A stretch of DNA of 63,683 bases, counting the filler, from Pelomyxa schiedti (Eukaryota; Protista; Evosea), in assembly GCA_020536535.1 (NCBI GenBank). It is 14 parts of 14 records of this genome, joined end to end, with 100 filler letters (N's around TTAATTAATTAA, not from the genome) between each part and the next. Parts side by side here need not be neighbours in the genome. Positions count along the whole stretch, not along the records: positions 12,042 to 13,843 come from JAHLWZ010002265.1; positions 13,944 to 21,338 come from JAHLWZ010001360.1; positions 21,439 to 32,041 come from JAHLWZ010001261.1; 11 more parts are not named here. One strand, 5' to 3'. The notes below the pieces were generated by a model. That model was given only the letters and a program-made list of their open reading frames with translations. It was not told the origin of the DNA and ran no database searches. Positions within the stretch are counted from its first letter, which is position 1, and each line of letters begins with the position of its first letter. The position numbers were made by a program, and so were the translations under genes. Below are positions 12,042 through 25,591 of this stretch, piece by piece.

Positions 12042-14403
12042 GGAGGAGGGAGGGGAGCCGCAGCATCGAAGACGGGACCAACCAATCGGGAGTTTCGGGA
12101 GAGGAAGGGCGAAATGGACGAGATCCACACGCGCAACGACGCAGCCGTCGTCCGGTGCCTCTGTGGGACGAGGTGGTGGTGGTGGAGGAGGGGGTGTTGG
12201 TGATGAGGCCACCCAAAGATTGCTGTTGAAGGTGGCTGAGGAAGACAAGGTGGATTTGTTGATGGGGTTTCCCACCTGTTGAACGTTCACCCAGTGTGTA
12301 CAAAATGCTCCCTGGTGTTGTGGGTCAAAAGAAGAGATTCCTACGTGTTTTCCAACATTGTCATCATCCCCTTGATATCTCCCGACGCAAACCCTTTTAC
12401 GAGATGATGAAGCTTTGAAAGTTCGAAAAAATTTCTGGGAATCACTTGTCTGGGCTCTAGAAAAAAAGCAGGACGGAGATCTCCCATGCTTATGATGTAT
12501 TTCAAACACCAGGTTATACAGTTCTGTCTCAAAGATTGTAAAAAGTAGTTCTTCATATATCCTCATATCTCCAGTTCATTGATCACATTGATGTCCAATC
12601 TACACAAGCGTTGCAATTGACAAACACCTTACAAAACACAAAGTCCTTCTCCCGGTCTCCAGTGCACTTTACTGTGCAGCCATCACTGTTATTTACATCA
12701 TTTTTGGTTCGAAAAACTGGTTCCGGTTGTATGTAACTGACATTAGTTAGTTTGCTCCATGCTCATCATGTTTTAGGCACCAAGGAAATTTCTTGCTGCT
12801 GTTACCAAATTACTCGGCCATGCTTTCTTGTTGCAACTGGCTTGCTCTGCTCAATATTTACTTATTCTGTTCTGGAAGCAAAGACCAACAGGACAGTAGG
12901 CTGCTCGTACCACATAAGTGAGTGCAGAGAGCAATGCGCATTGTAAACCAAGAAGTCCTCAACTTTATGGCAGCCTTTATATAACTCAGGTATCCACAGG
13001 TTCTACCACTCATTTCCTGCTTACAATCAAGTTTGCCTTCTAACTCATTGAATAGCTTTTTGTGTATGCCCAATTTCGTGTGCTGCTCCAACTTCTCAAA
13101 GCAGTGTGCCTGATGCACGGGATCCTCAAGTGCGGTGTACCTCATGGTTGTCAGTAGATCCCCTTTTGCTCCCGGGTATCTTTCTATTCATTTTCCACCA
13201 CATTGTTTAACTAGCATTCAGACCCCACCGCCGCCACTGCCCCTGAACCCACCAAGGAGACTGAGAGAGTAACAGAAGTTGTATTAACAGACTCCGCGGC
13301 TCTGGCAGGAGAAGAACGACTTCTGAAGGCCTTCAGAAGTACCACTCCCAACACCATGGTAACAAGAACTTCCTTCCCAGACAACCAATCACACACAAAC
13401 AGAGGTTGCGGACCTCTGGATGCAAATTCATTTGGACCTCCCACACAAAATCAAACGCTCAAAATTCTTCTCCTGGTCACCAGGGCACTGTGGTCTCTTG
13501 GTTTTGTTTGCTTCCCATTAGATGGACTGGCCGGATCTAATATCTTCTGATCGTAATTGTGCTTAAATGACGGACGAGAAGAAAGCGATACCGATTGGGA
13601 GCCTGTCGGTGGATGACCTACAATCCATCAAACAACGCGTGGAAGCAGTACATGTCCCCTCCTTTTTTCCCCCTGTTTAACTGCGGAGCGGATTGTGGGA
13701 TGGGACGGTGGACCGGGTTGGCTGGTTGGACTCACACACCCGTGGTTGGGGAGTAACAGGAAATTGAACAATTGTCAACGTCACTCGACACACTCGGTGT
13801 TGCCGTGGAAAAATTTCTCGACTCAAAGGAAGCACTTGCTGCGNNNNNNNNNNNNNNNNNNNNNNNNNNNNNNNNNNNNNNNNNNNNTTAATTAATTAAN
13901 NNNNNNNNNNNNNNNNNNNNNNNNNNNNNNNNNNNNNNNNNNNTACATCGACGACGACGACCACCACCACGGAACCTAACAGCAGCGACCCCACCACCAC
14001 CCTCACCCTCACCCTGCTGCTGCGTCGCCCACATTGTGCTCCTGATGCTGCTGACACTGCCAGTAGTAGCCGCGACTATAATGATGATGGCAGCAGTAAC
14101 CCGACTATGAATCCCAGTCCGCCCGCCACCACAGCCACAACCACAACACCCCCCTCATCGTCGGGTGTTGAGGACCCGGCGCTACCCACATCCCCCTCCT
14201 TACCAGACACATCCACATCCACATCCACAGCCCAGCAACAACACTCATCTGATGATGCCCCTGTCCCGTCGACCACCACCATCGCTGACCCCACCGACAA
14301 CCACCCAACGCCACCCGAACAAGCCCACACAACCACCACCCAACACCTCCCCATACACGACGATGGTGGTAGTGTCTGAGAGTGATCTTTTACAGTCAGT
14401 TTA

Positions 14404-14559
14404 TTGGGAAAAAAATCAAGGTTTTTTTATCGAATGGCCAATGCCCCACAACCTCAGCGGCGAATCCAATCGACACTCCACGGTTCAGCCGACGCGGTGC
14501 CTGTTGGCGAGACAGCACAACAACGAAAACCAAAAAACAACAAAGATGCTGCGGTGGGC

Positions 14560-14591
<32 letters not shown>

Positions 14592-15954
14592 GTGGTGGCG
14601 TGGCACCAACCACCTCGGAATTACTCGCCACAGCAACAACTCGAAACGAAAACGGCACAACCCTGCGTTGGCACTTCGGTGGGAGAAGGCGTCTATTGTG
14701 GAAGTTCCATTGGGTCACCCTCTCAGGCCTGACGGAGGCCGAGACAGCAGTAGGAACGCTGACGGTATCACTGGGTGTGTGTTTTTGAGGGCATCTGACC
14801 AGTTCCTGGCATTGTGTTTCATTGCATCGAGAAGGCGTCCTAGTTCATCTTCATCCGGTGTGATTGTTGATAGTGGTTCCTTGGCTTTTGTCGTGAGGTT
14901 GGTGTGGGAATATGCCTGTGTTGGAATGACGAGGAAGTACTGCTTGACGGGTTTCCTCACTGCAAACCCAGTTTTGATCACTTTTGGGGTGTCCCTCCTT
15001 GTGATGGGGGTGACTGAGGGACTGAGGTGGTGGTGTGCCAGCGACTGGGTACACAGGATGAAGGCACTCGACAGGGATAGAGTGGCTGAGGTGTGGTATC
15101 AAAATGGTGCTTATTACAGGGTGAGAAGCAATGACGGTTGTACCACTGACGACACACCTGAGAGTTTCCGGCTCGGTCTCGGTTCTGATGCTGAAAGTAG
15201 AAAGTGGAATATATTTCCGGCAAAGAGCGGCAGAGCAATTACACTTGTGCGCCTTGTGGGCTCCTCTCACCATAATGTATCTGTTGATATTCCTACGTCT
15301 GTCCTTCCAAGCGGAAAGCACTACGGCAGAATCTTTATCAGCAAAATGGAGCCAGATGAAGGAGTCCTTATCGTCGACCATTTCGAGAATTTCGTTGACA
15401 ATACTGGCTGTGAGTTTGTGGTGTTTGATCTTGAGCGAACCTTTTCACAAAGAAAATTCACCGTGATAGCAACATCTGGGGTGTGTTCTTGTGGTAGCTA
15501 CTACTCTTGTGATATCACTCTGGTGAAAGCAAATGGAGAACTCTGCTTCATTTACCAGGGTGAGGATGGACACCCAGGAGTCACACAAGTCATTGAGGAA
15601 CCCTTTAAGGGCGGTGACCCTTCAGTAGGCCTGAAGGTGCCTTGGATAACTTGGTGTCCACTTGTAACAGGACTGGGCAGATCAACCTTCTGCATCTCCC
15701 AATGGGGTGGGTCATACACAATCTGGGATTGCAATGACGTCACCAGTGGACCACTGTTCTCCAAGGTCGCCGAGCGGTTTAACGTCGATGAGCTTGTGAT
15801 TGCAGAGAGTGGCTTGCTGTTCCACTTCCGTGGCGGGCACATCACTGTGACATCCCCTCTACCAGACCCAAGCCAGCAGATTCCCATCCTCTCTCTGATG
15901 GTACCTGAACTCGGACTTGAGAGGCCTCATTGGTCCCAATGTTTCTCGTTCTAG
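14404..15954 (+). CDS. 'ASDQFLAL' family protein with beta-rich C-terminal region; start uncertain
   Basis: 516-aa ORF with family motifs (ITFGVSLLVMGV, FVVFDLERTF, IWDCND, AESGLLF). Confidence 0.7.
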
Positions 15955-16001
15955 CAGTGACGAACAAAGAACAAACAAAACTTTTTTTCACCAGAACCGA
16001 G

Positions 16002-17666
16002 ATGCAGGTGGCAGCAACAACGCCTGTCCATTCCGCGGCGCAACAAGAGCCCCCCCCGCCACCGCCACAGCTGCCCCCGCCCATCCCCATCCAGCCGCCC
16101 CAGGCCCAGGCCCCACCCCCACCCCCACCACCAGCAACAACGGCCGCGTTGCCGGGCGAGGGGGCGCCCGTGAGGCCGGAGATGGTGGCCAACGCGGTGT
16201 CGTTCCTGCGGCACCCCTCCGTGGCCGGCACGCCCCTGGCCAGGCGCGTCGCCTTCATGAAGCGCAAGGGCCTCACTGACGCGGAGGTCAACGAGGCACT
16301 GGCGAGGGTCGGTGGCGGCGGCGGCGGCGGCGTAGGAGGAACCCAGCAGCCCCAGCTCCAACAACAACAGCAGCAGCAGAACTTGGCGGTGTGTAATTAT
16401 GGGCGAGGAAGGGTTGGGTGATGCTAACAATGTAAATGAGTAGTAATGCACATGCATACATGTGTGATATTAGTTTGTGGTATAATATGAGGCTAAAGGA
16501 TTTGCTGTTTGTTGTTGTTGTGTAGGCGCCGCTTCCTTATGGGGTATCAGCACCGCCGCAACCACCACCATCATTGGGTTGGGGTTCTATTGCTTTTACT
16601 GCTCTTATGGCTGCTGGAATAGGTGCTGCTGCTACTTATGTTACAAAGGTGTGGCTTTACTTTGTAACCCCCTTATCTGAAACTGACTGACTCACAGAAT
16701 TACGTGATTCCTTGGTGGAATGGGCGCCCAACTCCGCCGGTGATTATGGCTGATGTATATGCCTGCACTAACTTGTGGCACAGGTTCTTCCAGCTGAAGT
16801 GCTGTCTAGTGATAGCACGGCTGCTGCACACCCCAAGCCCTCCACCAATGAGAAGGTTGACCAACTCCTTCAGGCGTTCACTGCTCACCAAGTTTGTTTT
16901 ACCAACGAAGCTTCTTTCCTCATATAATAAAACAGGAAGAAACTAAAAAAGCTATTGGAGATATTCAGTCCATGCTGGAACAAAGTAGCTCATCTCCCTC
17001 AACGTCACTGACAACAGAGATTTCTGCTCTACGGAGTGAGATACAAACGCTGAAGTCGCTTATGCCCCAAACACCTGCCGTCTCAGCCTCAAGTAAGACT
17101 TCAGCTCAACCTGCCAAGCCCTTCTCCCCTCCCGGCAAATTCATGCAAAGCATAAGCACTACTACAATTCCTCCCTGGCAACAAAAAGCTGGCCAGCACC
17201 AAGCCGAGCCTGGCGCCAACACAACACCGGCAGATGGGAAAGAAACTCCCGGTAGGTGAAGACCGCATGCTTTCATTGAACTAACCGGAACATACAAACC
17301 AGAGGAAAAGACATACCCGGTAACCAAAACTGGGGGGATGTACGAGGGCACCAAAATGCCATCCACTTTTGCCAAGATACTCAGCGACCCCGCTTCGCTC
17401 ACTGACATTCAGTATGACCATTTTCCAAGCTTCTCTTCTCCCACTTAACGCACATTCAGACAAATTGACGACTCTCCCCTTCCCAATGCGGAGCTTCCGG
17501 CCAGTTCCACGCCAACTGCCCCAAAGGTATGTTAACATAACAAACAATTACTCCCTCGTACTTACCACATTCACATAAACAGCCGTGGGAAAGAAACAAA
17601 CAACCGCCGTCGTCACTCTCAGTAGCGCCATCCCAACAACCACAACCAACTACTTCCTCATCCTAA
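16002..17666 (+). CDS. PEX14: Peroxin 14 (multi-exon) with C-terminal KPWE motif
   Basis: Pex14_N signature RPEMVANAVSFLRHPSVAGTPLARRVAFMKRKGLTDAEVNEAL, then a hydrophobic segment, a coiled coil (EISALRSEIQTLKSL) and IDDSP...PK|PWE across intron 17527-17582. Confidence 0.9.
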
Positions 17667-17852
17667 TGGAATCCCTATCACATCCCTATCAAATTTCCAC
17701 TCTTTGATCAAACCAAACAAACCCAACCAAACCAAATCAAGCAAGTCTCAGAAACCCAAGCAAGCCAACCAACAGATCCCCGCATCAACGCTTTTTTTTT
17801 TGTTTTTCGATTTTCATTCCCCCGTTCAGTTTAATTGCGGCTGCGTGATACG

Positions 17853-20800
17853 ATGACAATGAAGACGCGGCGGAGCCCGCCCTCGGCGTCGTTCCCCCCG
17901 CTGCCCACGACGACGACGGGGCGGGGCGCCACGACCACGACGGTGACGACGGGGACGACGGCCGAGTGGTGCGAGGGCGCGGGGCTGGCCACGAAGATGA
18001 TCGTGACTCCCGACATGTACGTGCTATCCAACAGAGGAAACGGAATAAACAACGCCAGCGCCAACCCCGGCGGCAACGGCAACGGCAGCGGCAGCGGCAG
18101 CGGCGGCAACAATAGGGGCGCGGTCGCGGTTATGGGAGGGGCAACGCCGGCCACAGCGGCGTCTGGCAATAGCGGCTTATGGGGCAATGAGAGCAACGTG
18201 AACGGGGGTTATGGTGGCTCTGAAAATGTAAATAAAATGGGCTCCTATTATCAGCAGAGGCACCAGAAATCAAATCACATAGGAGGAGGAGGAGGAGGAA
18301 GTGGAGGCAAAAAAATGGAATATGGACTATCACCTTTTGGGAATCCCGGGGGTGTTTCTCAGGCTCCAGTGCAGCCGGCTGCACTGAATGGATTTGGATC
18401 ATACAAAGAAAAAAGAGCTACCCCCGTTGTGGTGCCACCGCCAAGCAGTGTCAGTACATATGAGTGTAGCAGGGGCGGTGGCCCAATCACCGCTCCATCT
18501 GTCATGATCACTCCCTGTGCTCAAAGGTCCCCGGCACAGTTCCCGCAGTCGGGTCCTCCAACACAGCCGCCAACGGCACGCATTGGTGCTGGGAACCCAC
18601 AGTCTGTACTAGGTCCTTCGACGGGTGGACCAGGATTCGGTGCAAGTCCGCCGCAGGTCAGCCCCGCTGTTTCCTTTGCGAGTGGTGCTTCCACAAGCCC
18701 GGCGGACTCCCAAAACACGAACCTCGGCAGAGGAAGAGGGAAGGTAGGGGTAGTCCCTGGTATATCACACTCGAGAGATACTTACTCCAAACAGGTGTCC
18801 TTTGCCCCGCCACAGATCCCTGATTCCACCTTCACGGTTGAAGAAGGAAGATCCATACCCTATCGGGAAATAGAAATCAAAACCAAGATTGGAGAAGGAC
18901 AATTTGGTACCCATTTTTTGGCCCCCATTGTCGTTTTACTCATTGGTCACAAAGGACTTGTATATTCCGCCTTATGTCGTCAAAAACTGGTGGCAGTGAA
19001 AATCTTGGCAGTCAACAACTGTGATGAAGAACTAATTGAAAATTGCAAGAAAGAAGTGGAAATTATGTCGTATGTCTTCCAGTTTGATGCAACGACTAAG
19101 CCCCTCTAAGGAAAGTCTCTCACCCTAACTTGTGCCTTTATATGGGTGTCTGCACTGAATGTGAAGGTCGATTGTTGATAATTACTGAACTATACAAGGA
19201 GAGCTTAGACCACATTTTGTTTTCTACACAGTACCTTTCCTTCCCGCTGCGCATGAGAATGGCGTCTGATGTTGCTTTGGGGATGAATTGGTATAAGCAC
19301 AATAAGTTTCTTACCTCTCTCACTCAACATTTCAGGTTACACTGCAGTAACCCGAAGCTCGTGCACTCAGATTTAAAGGTTATCTAATACAATCTCGTGG
19401 CGGTGCTCAACTCTTATAGGTGAACAATATTCTAGTGGCCGAAAACTACAGATGTGTTGTAAGTGATTTCGGCCAAACCGAGATTTTACGGGGTATTACA
19501 AAAGATATAAACTCCTGGGGAGGGTGCGCATTGCAAATTATCATTACTCTACTTACCATTCACTTCTACAGCACTCCGTTATACATGGCACCCGAAAAAT
19601 TACAGGTTATTTTTCCATTTTGGGTCTTCCAAGGAAAACCAACTTCATGTAGGGGTACCCTCATAACGACAAAATTGACGTATACAGCTTTGGATTAGTA
19701 CTATGGGAGATGTGTACGAGAAAAAGGGCATTTGAGACATATGTCAAACGAATGTCATTGCCCGCCCTGATTGCTGCTGTATGCGAACGGCAAGAGCGCC
19801 CCATCATCCCTGAGGAGTACCCTGACAGTCTCAAGGTTTTTCATATTATTCAATCGCGTTTCCTCAATTATGCAGAAATTAATTTCTTCATGCTGGGCCC
19901 CTGATCCGGAAAAACGACCAACGTATGGCTAAGTCTTTCATACGATATCTTGTAACGACTTTTAGATTCGCCAAGATAGTGGAGATGATGCCGGAAATCG
20001 TTGTTGATACCTCCTTCACCGATCCAAATGCTCGAGCCTTCTGGAAGACTCACTTTGGCACCGCTGTACTCTCGTCCGTTTTTACAATTCTTTTCACCAC
20101 TTTAAGACCTCTGTGGATTGGAAATCATTCAGCAAGAGGTTATGTGCCTACACTGGGAGAGCCTCAACCTTTTGGCTCAAAGCTTTACTGTGTATGTAGA
20201 AGTTCTTATTCATCCCTTTCTAATGACCTTTCTTGTTAGCTGAAAAACAGCCCAGTTCCTCTTACAGTAGCACTCCTACGAAGCAGGAGGCCACATGTGA
20301 ACTGTTTGGTAACATGGTTGCCTACTTTGGTCCTTTAATCCCTGAACCGAGCGAGAAAGCGAAGATATTCTCTGTACCACCAATCAAATCAACAAACTTC
20401 CTCGATAAGGTTGGTCTACACTTATAGTAACTCTAAATCAACCCGAGACCGCAGGTGCAAAATACTCTCATGGCACCGTGGTTCCATGGTGACCTTGACA
20501 GCGCCGAGGCGGCTCGGCTTCTGCGTGCATCCACTCATTCCTCTTCATTCCTGGTTAGGTTTAGTGCCCGGGAGCCGGGCACTTTCACACTCTCCAGAAT
20601 GTTTACACCCGGCGTTATTTTATCATCCACAAATACCACCACATCCAGCCCTTCAGCCTCTACAACCAGCACAAGTTCCGCATCATCATCATCTGCGGCG
20701 CCAACAAAGGTTACTGCAGATAGGGAAATACAACACCACAGGATACCCAACACACCCCGCGGGCTTATGTTTGGTGCATCATCATTCCCAACACTCTCCG

Positions 20801-21063
20801 CATTTGTGAAGAAGGCATCCTCTGTGCTTATACTAACACACCCGGTACACCCTTCACCATTCCACCAGCTTTTCTACATATGGACTGCCAAACTACAGAA
20901 GAAGGACACTTCACAAGGCAGCGGTGTGTACATGATAGTATCGCCTCATGATCACCCTTCACAACAAAATCAACCAACACAAACCACACCAACACAACAA
21001 CCCTCAGAAAAATCCGCAACTGCAACACCACTACCAACTACAAGAGCACTTAAAAGATCATAA
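17853..21063 (+). CDS. TKL protein kinase with C-terminal SH2 domain (Shk-like), many short introns
   Basis: KIGEGQFG, VAVK, HPNLCLYMG, HSDLK.NNIL, SDFG, TPLYMAPE and DVYSFG motifs, followed by SH2 WFHGDLDSAEAARLL...FLVRFS. Confidence 0.88.
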
Positions 21064-21549
21064 CATGAGAGAGTTACAGATTTTTTTAAAAAAACGAACG
21101 AAACGAAGCCACCCGCCGGAATTAAATTTACTTAACGCAACAGCTACCGCAACACCCAATTCTCTTCCTTAATTAAATTTTTTTAACGCAACAGCTACCG
21201 CAACACCCAATTCTCTTGGCTAGGCTCCGACTGTTATGACGATTGCGACTGCGACTACGAGTACAAACACAGGCGCAACCGCGATCGCAATCGCAAACGC
21301 AACCGCAATCACAACCGAATAGCGGTCGCGAAGACCGCNNNNNNNNNNNNNNNNNNNNNNNNNNNNNNNNNNNNNNNNNNNNTTAATTAATTAANNNNNN
21401 NNNNNNNNNNNNNNNNNNNNNNNNNNNNNNNNNNNNNNCAAAACCAATGAAACAAGCTCTATTTACAACACACACCACCCACATGCGTTGATGTGACAGA
21501 ACACATCAAAAACATCAAACAGTACATTTTCAACAAACTTCACACACAA

Positions 21550-22506
21550 ATGGACGATCACAACCACACAACCACGACGATGCGGGGAGTGGTGTCGTTC
21601 TTGTGTGGGTGGAAGGAGAGGACTGGCGCCGGTACCGTGATGGCCCGATTGGGCGTGCCTACTAACGTCGCCAGGATCATTGTTGAGTTGCTGATCGGTT
21701 AGTTCGTTCGTTCTTCATTGCGGGATTTGGCAACTCCTTAACTACTTGCATACTAATGAATTATCTGCCAGGATTTGTGCAAGTGTATGAGGGTGGAACG
21801 TGGAAGACAATTGGGCGGGGTGTGGAAATGAATGGTGATGTGGTCACATGGGTTGAGGTCAAGGAAGTGGCAAGAGGGAAATGTGGAAGCTCTGTTGGTG
21901 GGAGGATTGCGTGGCTTGAACCTTCACTTCAACAAGTGGCAGGGCCTTGTGGGAGAGTGTATTGGGCATTCGACCTTTTGAAGCACACAAGGGGTGCCTG
22001 CCAGGTCCTCTCTCTGTTGCAACTCTTCCTTTGTGCATTCACTTCATTTTTATTAATAATGTGAATGCTCCCTTCTTTTGCTCATTCCTTTGCAGGAAGG
22101 AGTTGGTGCATGCTCGTCACTCCCAGAACTCGACTTGAAGAGGTGCTTTGATAACTGTCGGAAGAGTGGTGTATTCTATCCAGTTACAAGCGAGGCCCTC
22201 CATCAAGTCGCCAAAGTCATTTCATTTGGTGTCTCAGTGTCGCGGGTTTCAACTTTGGTCAATGGAGCCATCAAGGGAGACATACTCAGCAAGTTCTCAG
22301 AGTCAGAGCAGGTCTCCTTCCTGCTCGAATTCACACCAGACAAGAAGCGAGGCAGGGTGACAATGTTCAGGAACCTCATGCACATTGCCACCTTTGACAA
22401 CGTGGACACATCCCTCCCCATCTTCCCCACTGTGAACATGTGCTGTCGCGATGCACAATACTTGTTTGTGAGGAACCCTCGCCTTCCCAGTCTTCTTTCC
22501 CCTTGA
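21550..22506 (+). CDS. Hypothetical multi-exon protein with possible SPRY-like C-terminal domain
   Basis: Exon-like ORFs separated by short introns; C-terminus VSFLLEF...VTMFRN...LPIFPTVNM resembles the end of a SPRY domain. Confidence 0.45.
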
Positions 22507-22586
22507 TGCTGCCGTTCTGTTCTTGAGCAAGAATTTCTTTGATGTGATTTAAAACCGTGGGGATTGTTTCGGTGCTGTGCCATAAA

Positions 22587-23758
22587 ATGACGACAATGAT
22601 GGATTCAACGACCTACTTGTGGGACAACAAGCCGAGTCTGATGAGGCCAACACTAACAGCAGCCGTCGGACCCATAATAACCGGGGAGCAATTGCCATTC
22701 CGTGTGCTCCTGGACAACTGCGCCGTGGCCCAGTTCATCGCCCTTGGCCTCGGTGCGTCGGCGAGGCGGTGCGGGCAGCGCAGCCCCGCGCGCACCCTCG
22801 CACCCTCGCTGCTCGCCCACATCGGCCGCCGCTGGGTCCTCCCGCCCCTCGCCCGCTTCGTCGTGGAGCTGCGGGACGCACCGCACCACGGCCTCCATGT
22901 GCTCTTCGTCACGTCGCCCACGCTTGGGCTCGTGGGCGCCCCCTGCGCCCTCGACTTCCCGCCCCTCCGCCGCAGGTTCCACGAGTGGCTGGGGCCGGTC
23001 TCGGCGTGGAGTGCAAGGAGGACTACTCGCTGCGCGTAACAGACACAATCATGGGGGGCGATGGCGGCGGCGAGGTGGTCGCCAGGACTGACTTATGGGG
23101 GAATTTCACGTTGGCTCGTAACAGCAGGTGGGTGGTGAAAGTGGTGGGGCCGGCACTGTTTGGGAGCGACGGCGTGCACAGGCTGACAATTTGGAACTTC
23201 GACAAGATTGAGAGTGGTGTGCTGGGAACTGTGTGGGGGATTCCTTGCACAGGTGCATCTGTGGGGGTTGTGTTTCCATTGAATTCTGTTGACTCCCTGC
23301 TGATTGCTGACGGCGAGAACAAGATAAGGCTTGTTGATGTGGAGGCAACCTGCTACCAGAAGAAGCTGGTGACTGTCACAGAGTTCGGTACCGGCTTTGA
23401 CTGTTTGGAGGATCACATGATATGGAATGGGAATGTGTACACTGTTGGAAGTGATCGCTCCGTTGTTTGCATGAACACTGGTGAGACCACTCACGTTTCA
23501 GAAGGAAGTGGCAGCCCAAAGTTCATTGGTGGGCCATTCTTTGTGATTGACAACACTCTCAGAGTATTCAGTGTTGCGGAGCCATCACTGGTGCGCACCA
23601 TTTGCACCACTTGTGCACCCCTCACAATGGAGTTTGGGCACGGGTTGGTTGCTGTCGAAGGAGAAAACAACAGAATTGAGGTGATTGATGTTGAAACTGG
23701 CTTTCTCATCTTCAAAATTGAGACTCCCCACAAGTACACTGTGCAGAGTATTTCATAG
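22587..23758 (+). CDS. 'AVAQFIAL..RRCG' family gene with a frameshift near 23000 (pseudogene or sequence error)
   Basis: N-terminal motif in ORF 22557-23039; beta-rich C-terminus in ORF 22619-23758. Confidence 0.65.
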
Positions 23759-23901
23759 AACGCAAGCATGTTGCTAAACATGTTATTTACATTCTGAATA
23801 AAATAACAATCTTATCACCTCTGTAAGAAGGGGCAAAAAGGCAAAAAAAGAGACGCAGTCACGAGATCTTGCTCAAATACTAACAACTCAGGAAGGAACA
23901 T

Positions 23902-24243
23902 GTTGCATCTGGGAGCAGAAGTTGGAAATCGTAGATACGATTTTTTTTTGTTTTTCAAAAACGGTCACCAAGCAAAGGAATATTTGCCCGAGACCGCACC
24001 ACGCTTTGCGGGTGAAAACAGTNNNNNNNNNNNNNNNNNNNNNNNNNNNNNNNNNNNNNNNNNNNNNNNNNNNNNNNNNNNNNNNNNNNNNNNNNNNNNN
24101 NNNNNNNNNNNNNNNNNNNNNNGTTGCATCTGGGAGCAGAAGTTGGAAATCGTAGATACGATTTTTTTTTGTTTTTCAAAAACGGTCACCAAGCAAAGGA
24201 ATATTTGCCCGAGACCGCACCACGCTTTGCGGGTGAAAACAGT
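23902..24243. repeat. About 120-bp direct duplication on either side of a 100-N scaffold gap (likely assembly artefact)
   Basis: gttgcatctggg...gaaaacagt is identical on both sides of the gap. Confidence 0.75.
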
Positions 24244-24375
24244 GTATTGAAACTGTCTTGCGACACAAATGATGTCCACTTGTTAAAAATGTTAGGTTTT
24301 CTCTTTTAGGCGTGGTCGAATATAAACAAGGCTATCCCAGGTGAATTGTGGGCCTTACATATTACAAATAGAGTA

Positions 24376-24494
24376 CATCAACCCCGTAGCCACTCATTCT
24401 TCGAAGAGTAAAGGCCTGTACTCTTCGAAGTAAAATAATCATCATAGAGTACAGGCCTTTACTCTTCGAAGAATGAGTGGCTACGGGGTTGATG
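24376..24494. repeat. Perfect 49-bp inverted repeat with 21-nt loop
   Basis: 24376-24424 is the exact reverse complement of 24446-24494. Confidence 0.95.
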
Positions 24495-25038
24495 GCAGTG
24501 GTACCAATAGCAACGGCGGAGGATGTCCATGTACCGTGCACAACAAACTGAATTGCCACGTGTCAAACGACACCGAGGTAAAAAAAAAGTAGAACGAATT
24601 AAAGTTGGATTCCAAAAGCCTAACAGGAATTGCAAAGACTGCATGAGGTTGTTGGATGGACACCTGGTACAAAAATACTTGAATTGTTATTTTAATGCCC
24701 GATGCGTTTGTTGTGTGCATAATGTATAAAACATATTAGGAAGGGAGCATGTGAGGCCATTACCAGAGAATAAGCAACGTAAGGCTGAGTACATGGCAAA
24801 TGTACTTTCACAGTATGCATCCCCCGGTGACTATGTATTGAGCACTGTATTTGGATTTGCCCCGGTTGAAGTCCCTGTTGAGAGGTTGTTACGACTTGCT
24901 CTCTGGTATTCCCAGCTAAATCTCCTTCAGAATAGGGTTCCTCTTCTTTCACCATTGTAAAACTGCATACAATAACTACCAAAATATTGAAGGACGACTA
25001 ACACCTAAATAAGACCTACAGGAGAGCAAATATTCCCT

Positions 25039-25407
25039 ATGATGCTGCATGTCCCCAATGAACACCTTCCGCGTAAGAAAATCTTTGACAGAAACATGTG
25101 GTCATACCAATTACCAGAGGGAACGCGGTACATCAATCAAAAAAAAAATACATATCCTTTAATGAGCACAAGGCACTTCCTGATGTGGTACACGTGGGGC
25201 CCAGCAGACGGGCTAACCCAGGAAGAGATAACGCGGGACATTCACCAAGCGCTCTCCATAAGAGTAAGACATGGTGACTTTGAGTTCATTTGGTATGAGA
25301 ATCCTAAAATGACAATACCAAATGTGCGTCATCCTTTCAATGTCTTTGTGCCTCCAACATTTTGTTTAGGTGTACCACGTACAAGTCTTCTGGCACATGA
25401 TCCCTAA
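25039..25407 (+). CDS. DUF3605/HIT-like protein, C-terminal part; upstream exons or frames unresolved
   Basis: YQLPEGT...HFLMWY...FEFIWYENPKMTIPNVRH resembles my recollection of the DUF3605 pattern; not searched. Confidence 0.4.
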   Translation: MMLHVPNEHLPRKKIFDRNMWSYQLPEGTRYINQKKNTYPLMSTRHFLMWYTWGPADGLTQEEITRDIHQALSIRVRHGDFEFIWYENPKMTIPNVRHPFNVFVPPTFCLGVPRTSLLAHDP

Positions 25408-25591
25408 GTTCTAATACCAAGGTTATGCCAGGATTTTTCATACAGTTTACCGCACTCACCTACACCTCTTTGTAGGTAGTAAATAAAAGTATGTTGTGTA
25501 ATGTTTCTTTTGTTTTCTATTTAGTGGGATTCAAGGAGAACTTGGTTCTAGTCCCGCATTCCTCCATTCCTCAACAATCACTGCAGTACTA

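Noticed and set aside
12042-13843. Coding-like fragments on contig 2
   Set aside because: Interrupted by stops in every frame with no recognisable motif; cannot be called
21120-21338. Short tandem repeats (cgcaac-like) at a contig end as telomere
   Set aside because: Degenerate, short and irregular; not a uniform telomeric array
23902-24243. Direct repeats as an LTR pair
   Set aside because: They abut a scaffold gap and are identical, typical of unmerged contig overlap
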